From the NCBI GenBank assembly GCA_031459625.1, contig JAVKIH010000002.1:145940-209939 (forward strand): a DNA stretch of 64,000 nt. Reading direction: 5' to 3'. The stretch comes from Candidatus Geohabitans tengchongensis (lineage in GTDB: Bacteria > Sysuimicrobiota > Sysuimicrobiia > Sysuimicrobiales > Humicultoraceae). Below, piece after piece: positions 19,421-29,098 of the stretch (within the stretch, counting starts at the first letter, position 1; the number at the start of each line of letters is the position of its first letter). Both the position numbers and the translations under genes were made by a program. The notes below the pieces were generated by a model. The model did no database searches, had not been told where the DNA came from, and worked only from the letters and a program-made list of their open reading frames with translations.

Positions 19421-20062
19421 TCAGGATCCCGGTGCGGGCGCGGGGGACGCGGCCAGCATCTCCAGGACCTGGTCGGAGGTCACCACCAGACCGCAGTAGT
19501 GCGCCCAGACGGCCAGGGCCATCTCGTGCCAGTCGCGGCGGATGCCGCCGATGCAGTCCGCGACGATGAGGAGGTCGTAGTCGCGCATGTACGCCTCGCG
19601 GACGGAGGTGTCGATACAGGCGTTGGTGGTGGTCCCGGTGACCAGGAGCGTGCGCCGGCCGAGAATGCGCAGCAGCACCTCGAGGCGCGTCCCGTAGAAG
19701 ACGCTGAACTTGTGCTTCTCGATGACGTGGCTGCGCCCGTCCAACAGCGGCTTGAGCTCGTCGGCGATCTCCGCATCCCACGTGCCGGGCTGGCAGGCGA
19801 TCCGGGCCCGCTTCTGGGTATGGGGCTGGATGCGGTGCAGGGTGCGGGTGCGGTCCTCGGGCAGGTGGTGCTGCACGGTCCAGATGTCGGGGATCGCCCG
19901 GGCCTTGCAGGCCTCGATGAGGCGCCGCAACGGCGGGAGGATGGCCGAGAGCAGTGTGGTGTCCACGCCGCTCAGCCCCAGGGTGCCCTGGGGGTGCAGG
20001 AAGGCGTTCTGGGCGTCGATGACCAGCAGCGCCGTATCGTTTACATCGAGGGTGTAGTCCAT
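19421..20062 (-). CDS. Isochorismatase-family cysteine hydrolase (CSHase/BiuH/RutB/nicotinamidase-like)
   Basis: 213 aa; LLVIDAQNAF, K and C (TNACIDTSVREA) catalytic-triad context. Confidence 0.8.
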   Translation of the reverse strand: MDYTLDVNDTALLVIDAQNAFLHPQGTLGLSGVDTTLLSAILPPLRRLIEACKARAIPDIWTVQHHLPEDRTRTLHRIQPHTQKRARIACQPGTWDAEIADELKPLLDGRSHVIEKHKFSVFYGTRLEVLLRILGRRTLLVTGTTTNACIDTSVREAYMRDYDLLIVADCIGGIRRDWHEMALAVWAHYCGLVVTSDQVLEMLAASPAPAPGS

Positions 20063-21303
20063 ACCGGTGCCTCCTCCACGCCGCCGTCCGCCACGGAGAG
20101 GGGGGCCACCCGACCTCCCCGCACCACCAGCGCCCGGCGAGGCAAGCTGACCACCGGACCGTCGGGCGGCCGGCAGTCCAGGACCACCAGATCGGCCCGC
20201 CCGCCCGGCCGCACGCCGTAGTCGCCCAGGGCCAACACCTCGGCAGCGGCGGTGGTGACCATCGTCGTCAGTGCCGCGCGCTCGGCCTCTGTGGTGAGCT
20301 GCGCCGCAATGCCCAGGACGAAGGCCGCCAGCAGCGGATCACCGTTCCCATACGGCAAGAACGCATCCTGCACGTTGTCCGAACCGCAGACCACCTGCAC
20401 GCCAGCGGCCAGCAGCTCGCGCACCGGGGCGATGCCCCGTGGGCCCGAGGGGTCGCCCCGGCCCTGCAGGAAGAGGTTGGTCAGCGGCAGGACCGCCACG
20501 GTGATCCGCGCTGTCGCCAGACCCTCGATCAGGGAGGCGCGCTCGGTGGCGTCGACGCAGGCCAAGGCGGAGCAGTGGCCGGCCACGACGCGACCGGCAT
20601 AGCCATGGGCCAGGGTCGCCGGGATGAGCGCCGCCAGGCCAGGGCAGCGCGGCTCCGTGTGTTCGTCCACATGGAGGTCCACCCCCAGCCCGCGAGCCTC
20701 CGCCAGCTCGAAGAGGACCTTCAGGACCGGCCCCGGATCGTCGTCGATGCCGATGCTGGCGCCGAGACTGTCGCATCCCAGGCGGGCGGCCTCGACCAGC
20801 AATTCCCGGGTGGGGCGTTCCGGGAGCCCGTGCCGCGAGGCAAAGGCGACGACCTGCACACGCAGCCGATCACCGTACTCCTCGCGCAACGCCAGCGCCG
20901 CCTCGACGCCGAGCAGCCCGACGGCCGGATCCACATTCACGTGGGCGCGTAACGCCCCCACGCCCCAAGCCTGGACGGTATCCAGCAATCGGCGGCCCCG
21001 GGTCATCAACCCCGGGCGGTCCCTGACCTGGCGCAGAGCCGCCGTGGCGGTGACAGCGCCGGCCAGGTCGGCAGCCGGCCCGGTGAGGTCCAGCGAGAAA
21101 GCCTTGTCCAGGTGCAGGTGCGGTTCGACCAGCGCCGGCAGCACCCACCGCTGCGCGCCGGACCACTCCCCACGCCCCCGGCCCTCCAGCCGTGGCGCCA
21201 CCTCCGCGATCCGCTCCCCCACCATGGCGATGTCGCAGGGCATCGGCCACCCGGGGACGGTGACGTCCCGCAGGATCAGGTCGTAGGCCGCTGCGGAGCT
21301 CAC
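20041..21303 (-). CDS. Cytosine/creatinine-deaminase-like amidohydrolase (CodA/AtzC branch)
   Basis: ~420 aa from GTG; HLHLDK and HVDE metal ligands; GTGA overlap with DpaA-like gene. Confidence 0.75.
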   Translation of the reverse strand: MSSAAAYDLILRDVTVPGWPMPCDIAMVGERIAEVAPRLEGRGRGEWSGAQRWVLPALVEPHLHLDKAFSLDLTGPAADLAGAVTATAALRQVRDRPGLMTRGRRLLDTVQAWGVGALRAHVNVDPAVGLLGVEAALALREEYGDRLRVQVVAFASRHGLPERPTRELLVEAARLGCDSLGASIGIDDDPGPVLKVLFELAEARGLGVDLHVDEHTEPRCPGLAALIPATLAHGYAGRVVAGHCSALACVDATERASLIEGLATARITVAVLPLTNLFLQGRGDPSGPRGIAPVRELLAAGVQVVCGSDNVQDAFLPYGNGDPLLAAFVLGIAAQLTTEAERAALTTMVTTAAAEVLALGDYGVRPGGRADLVVLDCRPPDGPVVSLPRRALVVRGGRVAPLSVADGGVEEAPVWTTPSM

Positions 21304-22217
21304 GGCGGCCACTCCGTGGCCAGGATGCGCGTGATGCCCAGCCACTGGCTGTACCCCACCGTCCGGGGGGCACGCCCGCCCAGGCCCCTCGCCCACACCA
21401 CTGGCACCCCCAGCTCGCCGGCGGCAGCCAGGTCGACGGCCCCCGGCGGCCCGCTGAGGTCGATCAACAGGCACTGCGGGTCCAGGCGGGTCAGCACCTC
21501 GCGGGTGAAGAGGCGCGCCGGGGCCGTGTTGAAGATCACGCACATGTCGCGCGCACGCTCGGCGAGCGCCTCCAGGGGAACCGCGGCGCACCCCATCGCC
21601 CAGGCCCGCGCCAGCTGTGCGGGGTTCCTGGCGGCCACCGTCACGCGTGCGCCGAGCCCGCGCAGCGTAGCCGCCAGCACGGGACCGATCCTGCCGAAGC
21701 CCACGACCATGCAGGGGTGTCCGTGCAGGGTGACTTCCGTGTGCTCGATGGCCACCCGGATGGCCCCCTCGGCAATGGCGGGGGCGCGCAGCAACATCAG
21801 GTCCTCCTCCTGCTCGTACTCGCGGAGGCGCAGGTGCAGCGCCTGCGCAGCCTCGGCCATCTGCGGGCTGGCACGGCCGGTGATGAGGACGGCCCCGGGA
21901 CGCACGCCCCGCAGGGTGGCCGTGTTCACCACCAGCGGGTCGGGGGCGTGGGGGGCGAAGAGACTCCCGTCCGCCGCGGGCAGGGGGACCGGGCAGATCA
22001 CCACGTCGGCGTCCCGTACGGCTTCCGCCACCGTCGAGGCGGGAGTTCCGGGCACGTCGCCGGTGACAGGCAGCCCGCAGGTCCGGACGACGGCCCCGGC
22101 CCGCGCAGCCTGGCGGGCGATCTCCACCTCGCGGCCGTCCCCGCCCAGCACGGCCACGGTGCGGCCGCGCAGGTCCAGATCGGGTACCGCCCCCACGACC
22201 ACGGCGTCCCCGTTCAC
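21300..22217 (-). CDS. Dipicolinate synthase subunit A (DpaA/SpoVFA)-like NAD(P)-binding protein, no adjacent DpaB
   Basis: 305 aa; C-terminal half aligns in pattern with SpoVFA (VVGFGRIG…IFNTAPA…LIDLSGPPG…VWARGLGG…APRTVG); GTGA overlap with M24 gene. Confidence 0.6.
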   Translation of the reverse strand: MNGDAVVVGAVPDLDLRGRTVAVLGGDGREVEIARQAARAGAVVRTCGLPVTGDVPGTPASTVAEAVRDADVVICPVPLPAADGSLFAPHAPDPLVVNTATLRGVRPGAVLITGRASPQMAEAAQALHLRLREYEQEEDLMLLRAPAIAEGAIRVAIEHTEVTLHGHPCMVVGFGRIGPVLAATLRGLGARVTVAARNPAQLARAWAMGCAAVPLEALAERARDMCVIFNTAPARLFTREVLTRLDPQCLLIDLSGPPGAVDLAAAGELGVPVVWARGLGGRAPRTVGYSQWLGITRILATEWPP

Positions 22218-23338
22218 GGCCGGTCCCCCGGCACCATCTGCCACAGCCGGCCCACGTCGTACTGGCAGGTCGCCACCTCGCACCCCGTTGCGGTCACGAT
22301 CACGGTCTCCTCCAGCTGCATGCCCAGGGCCGGGAGGGTGACCAGCGGCTCGATGGCCAGCACCATTCCCTCCTCCAGGGTCGTGTCGGCGTAGCGGTTG
22401 AGGTAAGGCTCCTCGTGCAGGGTCAGGCCGAGGCCGTGGCCCAGGAAGTGCAGCGTCGGCAGCCTCCAGGCGTCCATCTTCTCGATGTACGCTCGGAAGA
22501 TGGCGCGCGTGCTGGCGCCCGGGCGGATCAGGTCCAGGGCCAGGTGGCGGCACTCCACCAGCCGCCCCCAGAGCGCCTCCTGCTCCGGGGTCGGAGGGCC
22601 CACCACGGCCGTCCGGGCCACGTCGCACACGTAGTGCTGGACCGTCCCGATGACGTCGATGCGCACCACCTCCCCCGGCCGAATCTCCCGGCGGGTGGGC
22701 GGCCCGTTGAGCATGGGGGTACGCTCGCCCGCGGTCACGCTGAGCATGGTCAGGTTCTCTCCACCGGCCGCGCTGAAGGCGTCGGCGATGCGCCGGCCCA
22801 GGTCGGCCTCGGTCATCCCCGGCCACCACGTCTGCAGCCCGGCATGGGCCGCCTGCTCCGCCACCTGCGCGGCACGGCGCAACCGGGCCAGCTCCTCGGG
22901 GGTCTTGACCATCCGCAGGGCGGCCAGCACCTCGTCGACAGGGACGAGGTGGGCCACGCCGTCCAGCGCCTGCTCCAGGAGGCGGTAGTCGGCGTAGTTC
23001 AGGTAGGCTGCCTCGACGCCCACCGCCCCGCGCAGGCCCCGGGCCCGAATCGCCTCCGCCAGCACCAGCACCGGCCGCTGGGTGAACTCGTTGTAGGCGG
23101 TCACCCGGGCCACGTCCGCGTGGGCCCGGGCGAAGCCCTCCTCGACGTCCACGACGAACAGCTCCGCCTCGCCTTCGCCGGGCACCAGGGCGATGGCGTG
23201 ACGGTGGCGGACCGTCCGCTGGGAGGGGATCAGGGCGCCGGTGGTCCAGCAGACGTTTTCGGGGGCCACGATCACCATGGCCGCCAGCCCCAGGCGCGCC
23301 ATGGCCTCGCGCTGGCGCCGGCGGATCTCCTCAGGCAT
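22214..23338 (-). CDS. M24 family metallopeptidase-fold hydrolase (creatinase/Xaa-Pro dipeptidase/ectoine-hydrolase-like)
   Basis: 374 aa; creatinase_N-like N-domain + pita-bread domain (HFLGHGLGLTLHEEP). Confidence 0.75.
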   Translation of the reverse strand: MPEEIRRRQREAMARLGLAAMVIVAPENVCWTTGALIPSQRTVRHRHAIALVPGEGEAELFVVDVEEGFARAHADVARVTAYNEFTQRPVLVLAEAIRARGLRGAVGVEAAYLNYADYRLLEQALDGVAHLVPVDEVLAALRMVKTPEELARLRRAAQVAEQAAHAGLQTWWPGMTEADLGRRIADAFSAAGGENLTMLSVTAGERTPMLNGPPTRREIRPGEVVRIDVIGTVQHYVCDVARTAVVGPPTPEQEALWGRLVECRHLALDLIRPGASTRAIFRAYIEKMDAWRLPTLHFLGHGLGLTLHEEPYLNRYADTTLEEGMVLAIEPLVTLPALGMQLEETVIVTATGCEVATCQYDVGRLWQMVPGDRP

Positions 23339-23394
23339 CGCCCATCCCCTCCGCCTCCCCGCCTCCCGGCCGGCCGGTAGCCAGCGCGCCCCGG

Positions 23395-24846
23395 TCAGTC
23401 ATAGGCCGTGCTAACCGTGGGGGTGACCCCCGGGCGGATGCCGGCGCGTTCCACCACCCGACGGGCGTGCTCCCGCGCCAGGGCGTAGACCTCGTGCTCG
23501 TCCACCGTGAGGACCCGGCGGTCGCGCATGACCACCCGGCCGTCGATGATCACGGTGTGGACGGAGCTCACGCTGGCCGAATAGACCAGGGTCTGGATGG
23601 GGTCGCCGTAGGGGACCCAGTCGCACGCTTCGAGGGTGAAGAGCACCAGGTCGGCCCGCTTGCCCACCTCCACGGAGCCGATCTCATCATCCCACAGCAG
23701 GGCGCGGGCTCCGTCGATGGTGGCCATGCGTAGCGCCTGCCGCGCGCCGATGAGCGTGGGATCCATCCGGGCGTCCTTGAAGAGGCCGGCCGCCAGGTAC
23801 ATCTGGCGCATCATGTCCAGCGAGCCCGCCGCCGAGGGACCATCGCAGCCCAGGGCCACGGTGATCCCGGCCTGGAGCATCTCCGGGTACTTCCCGATGC
23901 GGGTGGCGCCCTTGGCCAGCTTGAGCGCGGTGCCCGGACAGAAGGCCACCTTGGTGCCGGCCTCGGCCAGGTAGGCGATCTCCTCGCTCCGCACGGCCAC
24001 CACGTGGGCCAGAACCAGGTTGTCCTGCAGGGCGCCCCACTCGTGCAGCAGCGTGACCGGCCACTTCCCGGTCCGGCGCTCGCTGGCCTGCGCCTCCTCG
24101 ATGGACGACGCGATGTGGTAGGTCGTCCCCACGCCGAGGCGTCGAGCCAGCGCCGGTGCTCCCGCATGGAGCTCCGGGGAGCAGGGCTCCTTCCCCTCGA
24201 TGTTCACCCACACCCGGATGCGCCCCCCGCCGCTTCCGTGGTACTGCCGCACGCAGCGCTCCAGCTCGCCCAGCGCGGCCTCGGCACTGGGGAAGAAGTG
24301 GCGCTCGACCATCTCGGGAGTCCAGTGGGGCGGCAGCCGCTCAGGCAGGCGGTCGGCGGCGTGGCGCCCGGTCACCGCCCGCACGCCCACCCGCTCCAGG
24401 GCCCGTACGACGGCCCCCACGTCGCTCTGTGCCCCCATGTCCAGGGCGCAGGTGGTTCCGGTCTTGATCATCTCGATGCCGGCCAGCAGGGTGGCGACGT
24501 ACTCGTCCTCGGCCCGCATGGCCGCGTAGACCGGCTTGGCCCAGTTGAAAACCCACGGGCGGGTCGACAGGGTGTCGACGAAGACGCCCCGGACCAGCTG
24601 CTCGGAGAAGTGGAGGTGGGCGTCGACCAGTCCGGGCATCACCAGGCGCCCGCGCCCGGGGATCACCTCGTCGAACGGCGTCTCGCCGTAGCGACGGTCG
24701 ATCTCCTCCGTGGGGCCCAGGGCGGCGATCCGGCCGTCCTCCACCACGATGGAGTGCGCGGTGAGGACGCGGTCCTGGGGATCGACGGTGAGGACCACGT
24801 CGGCGTCGCGGATCAGCAGGCGTGCCATGGCTATGCCCGGCCTCAT
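23395..24846 (-). CDS. Amidohydrolase of the TRZ/ATZ-SsnA/guanine-deaminase branch (chlorohydrolase/aminohydrolase)
   Basis: ~483 aa from ATG overlapping upstream TGA; PGLVDAHLHFSEQL HxH motif. Confidence 0.75.
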   Translation of the reverse strand: MRPGIAMARLLIRDADVVLTVDPQDRVLTAHSIVVEDGRIAALGPTEEIDRRYGETPFDEVIPGRGRLVMPGLVDAHLHFSEQLVRGVFVDTLSTRPWVFNWAKPVYAAMRAEDEYVATLLAGIEMIKTGTTCALDMGAQSDVGAVVRALERVGVRAVTGRHAADRLPERLPPHWTPEMVERHFFPSAEAALGELERCVRQYHGSGGGRIRVWVNIEGKEPCSPELHAGAPALARRLGVGTTYHIASSIEEAQASERRTGKWPVTLLHEWGALQDNLVLAHVVAVRSEEIAYLAEAGTKVAFCPGTALKLAKGATRIGKYPEMLQAGITVALGCDGPSAAGSLDMMRQMYLAAGLFKDARMDPTLIGARQALRMATIDGARALLWDDEIGSVEVGKRADLVLFTLEACDWVPYGDPIQTLVYSASVSSVHTVIIDGRVVMRDRRVLTVDEHEVYALAREHARRVVERAGIRPGVTPTVSTAYD

Positions 24847-25235
24847 GCGGGGCCTTCGTCCCGCCACCGATCGTGCAGCTCGATGCGCGTCCCGTCGGGG
24901 TCGACGACGTAGATCGAGGTCCCGTACGCGGCGGTGGTCACCGGCCCCTCGGAGGGCAGCCCGGCCCGGAGGAGTCGCGCCCGCAGCGCGTCGAGGTCCC
25001 GGACGCGGAAGGCGATGTGGTCCACCAACCCCGGCCCGGCGGGGATGCCGGCCGGGCGGGCCGTCAGGCCGAGCCCCTGCTGCAGGACGACGAGGGGCCG
25101 GCCGTCGCGCAGCGTCCCGCGGTCCCGCACGGTGAAGCCCAGCACGTCGACGAAGAACCGCTCCGCCGCAGCCAGGTCCCCGACCTGCAGCAGCACGTGG
25201 CTGAGCCCCTCGGGACGAGAGGGCGCGGCCACCAC
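24843..25235 (-). CDS. VOC family protein (glyoxalase I-like)
   Basis: 130 aa; HVLLQVGDLAAAERFF…DHIAFRV. Confidence 0.7.
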   Translation of the reverse strand: MVAAPSRPEGLSHVLLQVGDLAAAERFFVDVLGFTVRDRGTLRDGRPLVVLQQGLGLTARPAGIPAGPGLVDHIAFRVRDLDALRARLLRAGLPSEGPVTTAAYGTSIYVVDPDGTRIELHDRWRDEGPA

Positions 25236-25427
25236 CTACCGCTCCCGGTCCGACCCCAGGACCCCCGCCCGGGCCCAGTTGTGCCTGGGGACCTCGTGGA
25301 TGATCACGTGGAGGTGATCCGCGCTGGCGCCAGCGTGGCGGACCATTGCCTCGGTGATCGCCGCCACGAGGCGGCGCTTCTGTTCCAGCGTCCGTCCTTC
25401 CCACATCTCCACCGTCACGACGGGCAC
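25236..25427 (-). CDS. 4-oxalocrotonate tautomerase family enzyme
   Basis: 63 aa MPVVTVEMWEGRTLEQKRRLVAAITEAM: Pro-1 and canonical 4-OT fold signature. Confidence 0.75.
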   Translation of the reverse strand: MPVVTVEMWEGRTLEQKRRLVAAITEAMVRHAGASADHLHVIIHEVPRHNWARAGVLGSDRER

Positions 25428-26278
25428 GGCGTCACCCCCTTCTCGTCAGTGTGCTCGCGCACTCGGCCGGCCCCCCGGCCGCGGCCGGCCTCACCGGGCG
25501 GGCCCAGGAGGCCCTGGCTGCGGAACAGGTCGCGGATCCTCCGCACGGCGCTGTGGAAGGCGTCCTCCTCCCGCAGTGCGGGGGTCCGCGGCCGCCCCAG
25601 CGGGACCTCGACGGACTGGACCACGCGCCCGGGGCGCGGCGACATCACCACCACCCGGTCGGCCAGCAGGACCGCCTCCTCGATGGCATGGGTAACGAAG
25701 ACCACGGTGTTCTGCCGGTCCTGCCACAACCCGAGGAGGTACGTCCCCAGTTCTTCGCGCGTAAAGGCGTCCAGCGCGGCAAAGGGTTCGTCCATGAGCA
25801 GGAGGGGCGGGTCGTGGATGAGGGCCCGGCAGAGGGCCACCCGCTGGCGCATGCCGCCGGAGAGCTCGTGCGGGTACCGGTGCTCGAACCCGGCCAGGCC
25901 CACGCGCTGCAGGAGCTGGCGGGCACGGTCGACGGCGGCGGCGCGGGAGAGGTTCTTGATCTCCGCGGGCAGGAGGACGTTGCCCAGGACGGTGCGCCAC
26001 TCCAGCAAGGCGTCCCGCTGGAACACGACGCCCACGTCCGTGTAGGGGCGCGTCCGCACCTGGCCGTCGACGGCGATGGTCCCGCCGGTGGGAGGGATGA
26101 GCCCGGCGATCATCAGGAGCAACGTGCTCTTGCCGCACCCGCTGGGCCCGACCAACGCGACGAACTCTCCCGGCCGGACCGCCAGGCTCACCCCCTCGAC
26201 GGCCAGGATATCCGCCCCGCGGGCGCGGTACCGCTTGGACACCCGCTCCAGGGCGATGCCGACGGCCTGTTGTGTCAT
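25415..26278 (-). CDS. ABC transporter ATP-binding protein (NitT/TauT nitrate/sulfonate/taurine type)
   Basis: Walker A GPSGCGKST, signature LSGGMRQRV, Walker B LLLMDEP. Confidence 0.85.
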   Translation of the reverse strand: MTQQAVGIALERVSKRYRARGADILAVEGVSLAVRPGEFVALVGPSGCGKSTLLLMIAGLIPPTGGTIAVDGQVRTRPYTDVGVVFQRDALLEWRTVLGNVLLPAEIKNLSRAAAVDRARQLLQRVGLAGFEHRYPHELSGGMRQRVALCRALIHDPPLLLMDEPFAALDAFTREELGTYLLGLWQDRQNTVVFVTHAIEEAVLLADRVVVMSPRPGRVVQSVEVPLGRPRTPALREEDAFHSAVRRIRDLFRSQGLLGPPGEAGRGRGAGRVREHTDEKGVTPCPS

Positions 26279-26385
26279 GCCCAGTCCGGGACGCGTCTGG
26301 CCACGGGCGGCTACCCCTCACGCCCTCACGAACCGGTTGGTGCAGGAGTCTCCAGCGGCAGATACCGAGCCACCCTTCACCCCCA

Positions 26386-27201
26386 TCACAGCGTCTCCCG
26401 GGCAGCCTCCAGCTGCTCCTCCCCCGGCCGCCAGCGGACCACCAGCCGTTCCAACACGCCGACGGCGTAGAAGAGCACGATGCCCAACGCCGACAGGACC
26501 GCGATGGTCGCAAAGAGCATCACCGTATCCAGATTGCTGTTGGCCTGGAGCTGGATGTACCCCAGCCCTTCGTTGGCGGCGATGTACTCCCCCACGATGG
26601 CGCCGACGACCGCGAGCGTAATGGCCACCTTCAGGCCCCCGAAGATGCTTGGCAGGGCCCGGGGGAGCCTCACCTTGAGGAAAACCTGCAGGGGGGTCGC
26701 CCCCAGGGACTGCGCCAGGTAGATGGTCTCGGGTTCCACCGAGCGCATCCCGATAACGGTGTTCACGACGATGGGGAAGAAGGCGATGAGGAAGGCGACC
26801 GCCACTTTGGAGAGCAGCCCGAACCCGAACCAGAGTACGAACAGCGGGGCCAGGGCGGTCTTGGGAATCGTCTGGAAAGCCACGATCACCGTGTAGCTCA
26901 CCCGTTCGAAGACGCGCGAGTACACGATGCCGATGGCCACGGGGATGCCGACCAGGGTACTGGCGAGGAAGCCCAGCAGGATTTCCTGTGTCGTGGGCAG
27001 GGCATGGCGCAGGAAGAGGTCGTGGCGACTGACCAGCATCCCCGCCACCGCGGACGGCCGCGGGAGGACGAAGGCCGGCACCTGCAGGGCCCGGACACCC
27101 GCTTCCCACAGGAGCACACCGGCCAGCAGGACCCCCAGGGACGGACCGTGGGTCTGGAGCAGCCGCCCCGTGCTCTTCCCGACCCCGAGCCCGCGAGCCA
27201 C
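26386..27201 (-). CDS. ABC transporter permease (NitT/TauT family, SsuC/TauC-like); start uncertain (27201-27315)
   Basis: 6 TM; BPD_transp_1-type permease sequence. Confidence 0.75.
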   Translation of the reverse strand: MARGLGVGKSTGRLLQTHGPSLGVLLAGVLLWEAGVRALQVPAFVLPRPSAVAGMLVSRHDLFLRHALPTTQEILLGFLASTLVGIPVAIGIVYSRVFERVSYTVIVAFQTIPKTALAPLFVLWFGFGLLSKVAVAFLIAFFPIVVNTVIGMRSVEPETIYLAQSLGATPLQVFLKVRLPRALPSIFGGLKVAITLAVVGAIVGEYIAANEGLGYIQLQANSNLDTVMLFATIAVLSALGIVLFYAVGVLERLVVRWRPGEEQLEAARETL

Positions 27202-27218
27202 TGGTTGCCCCGCGGATC

Positions 27219-28229
27219 TCAGTCGCCGACGAAGCGGTTCGTGAAGTACTCCGTGGGCGCCTTCACCTTCTGCAGCAGCCCCCCGCGCGCCAGGATCTCC
27301 ACGGTCTTCCGCCACTCGTCCATGGAGTTCCAGCCCAGCGGCCGGCCTGCCACAGCGCGTGTCCGCACCAGCTCCAAGGTGAAGCTGATCTGCAGCGGTG
27401 TCGTCTCACGATCGAGGGCGTCCGGGAAGAGCCTCACCAGGATGTCGGAGGCCTCCACGGGGTGGCGCAGCGTGTACTCAAAGCCCTCGTTGGTCCCGGC
27501 CACCACGGCCCTGACTGTCTGCGGGTTCTGCTCCGCAAATCGCAGGCTGGTAACCAGTCCGTGGCCCAGGATGTTAAACCCGTGGTCGGCGACCCAGAGG
27601 AGGTTCAGGCGGCGCCCCGCCCGGACCTCCACGACCGGGACCTCGTTGGTGTAGAACGCCGACAGGACATCCAGGCGGCCCTGGAGGAACTGGGCCAGCC
27701 GGGCGCTGGGATCCAGGTTCACCAGCCGGACCTTGGACTCGTCGATGCCGTTAGCCCGGGCAAATGCCGGCCAGATCCGCTGGAAGGTATCCGCGGGCGA
27801 GGTGCCCACGCTTTTGCCCTCCAGGTCCCGCGGGGAGGCCAGGGGGCCAAACGACGCCAGGACCATGGGGCTCTTGCGAATGTAATTGGCCACCATGACG
27901 ATCGGCATGTCCTGGGACACGCCCTGAGCCGTCTCGATGGCCCCCACGTAGGCGAACTCGTCGTTGCCATTGGCCAGCGCGGTCAGCGTGGGGCCGGCAC
28001 CCGCCCCCTCGAGCACCCGCACGGAGACCCCGCGCTTGGTGTAGAAGCCCTTCTGCACAGCGACGAAGAGGGGCGCGAACTCCCCCTTGATCTTCCAGCT
28101 CAGGCGGATCGTCACCGTCGGTCGCGTCTGCGCCACGCTCGCGGCCGGGACGAACATGCCGCTCAGGAGGACCGTCACGACCGCCGCCAACCAAACCTTC
28201 CCCCACCGTGCCCTTCCTCGCCCTCGCAT
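27219..28229 (-). CDS. ABC transporter substrate-binding protein (NMT1/THI5-like, SsuA/TauA family)
   Basis: 336 aa with signal peptide; NMT1-like fold sequence. Confidence 0.8.
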   Translation of the reverse strand: MRGRGRARWGKVWLAAVVTVLLSGMFVPAASVAQTRPTVTIRLSWKIKGEFAPLFVAVQKGFYTKRGVSVRVLEGAGAGPTLTALANGNDEFAYVGAIETAQGVSQDMPIVMVANYIRKSPMVLASFGPLASPRDLEGKSVGTSPADTFQRIWPAFARANGIDESKVRLVNLDPSARLAQFLQGRLDVLSAFYTNEVPVVEVRAGRRLNLLWVADHGFNILGHGLVTSLRFAEQNPQTVRAVVAGTNEGFEYTLRHPVEASDILVRLFPDALDRETTPLQISFTLELVRTRAVAGRPLGWNSMDEWRKTVEILARGGLLQKVKAPTEYFTNRFVGD

Positions 28230-28258
28230 GGCCCACCCCCTCTGCTCCGCCGGGCCGT

Positions 28259-29074
28259 CTACCCCGACAGAGAGTCTCGGCCTCCGTCCGCCTCCCCGGT
28301 CATCGGCCCCTCGGTCCCCACGGACCGGTCCGCCGGCCCGTCTCCGCTGGCGCGCAGGGCCCGCACCGACGCCATCGTGGACTGCAGGTGTCTGGACATG
28401 CGCTCGGCCGCCTCCGTTGCGTTGCCGGCCTTGATCGCCTCGAGGATCAGACGGTGCTGCTCCACCGACTGCAGGGCGCGACCCGGGAGTGCCATCACCG
28501 CCCGCCGGTCGGCGAAGACGTAGTTGATCGAGCGCGAGAGGTAGACCAGGTAGGGGTTGCCGCCCAGGTCGGCGATGAGGCCGTGAAAGGCCAGGTCGAT
28601 CTGCTCCAGGGCGACGATGTCCCGGCTGCGGGCGGCGACGGCCATCTCGGCCACGTTGGCCTCCAGTGCCGAGAGGTGCCGCCCCGCGTCCCCGGAGGCG
28701 TTGGCCACAGCCCGGGCGGCCAGGGCCGCCGCCTTCGTCTCCAGGACCTCTCTGACCTCAAGCAGAGCCAGGACATCGTCGCGGTGCGACTCCAGCCAGG
28801 GCAACCAGGCGGCCGGATCGCCGGCTCCGTCAGCGGTCGGTGACGCGACAACTGTCCCCCGCCCCTGGCGGACGTCGACCAGCCCGAGGGCCGACAGGAT
28901 CTGGATCGCCTCCCGAACGGTGGATTGGCTCACGCCAAATCGGAGCGCCAGTTCCCTGACGGAAGGCAAGTGGGCCCCCGGACCCAGGCGGCCTTGGTGA
29001 ATCAGCTCGCGGATCTGCTCGACCACCTGCTGCGCGGTGGTCTGCAGACGCACCGGGCGAAAGTCAACACTCAT
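28259..29074 (-). CDS. GntR family transcriptional regulator (FadR subfamily, FCD effector domain)
   Basis: N-terminal GntR HTH (LPSVRELALRFGVSQSTVREAIQIL) + FCD-like C-domain. Confidence 0.8.
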   Translation of the reverse strand: MSVDFRPVRLQTTAQQVVEQIRELIHQGRLGPGAHLPSVRELALRFGVSQSTVREAIQILSALGLVDVRQGRGTVVASPTADGAGDPAAWLPWLESHRDDVLALLEVREVLETKAAALAARAVANASGDAGRHLSALEANVAEMAVAARSRDIVALEQIDLAFHGLIADLGGNPYLVYLSRSINYVFADRRAVMALPGRALQSVEQHRLILEAIKAGNATEAAERMSRHLQSTMASVRALRASGDGPADRSVGTEGPMTGEADGGRDSLSG

Positions 29075-29085
29075 CCGTTTACCCG

Positions 29086-29098
29086 TTGGTCAGACCAA
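29086..29098. promoter_or_regulatory. Palindromic GntR/FadR-type operator TTGGTCAGACCAA immediately upstream of the gntR start
   Basis: Matches the FadR-subfamily consensus t.GT-N3-AC.a; located 12 nt upstream of the GntR ATG in a lower-GC intergenic island. Confidence 0.55.
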
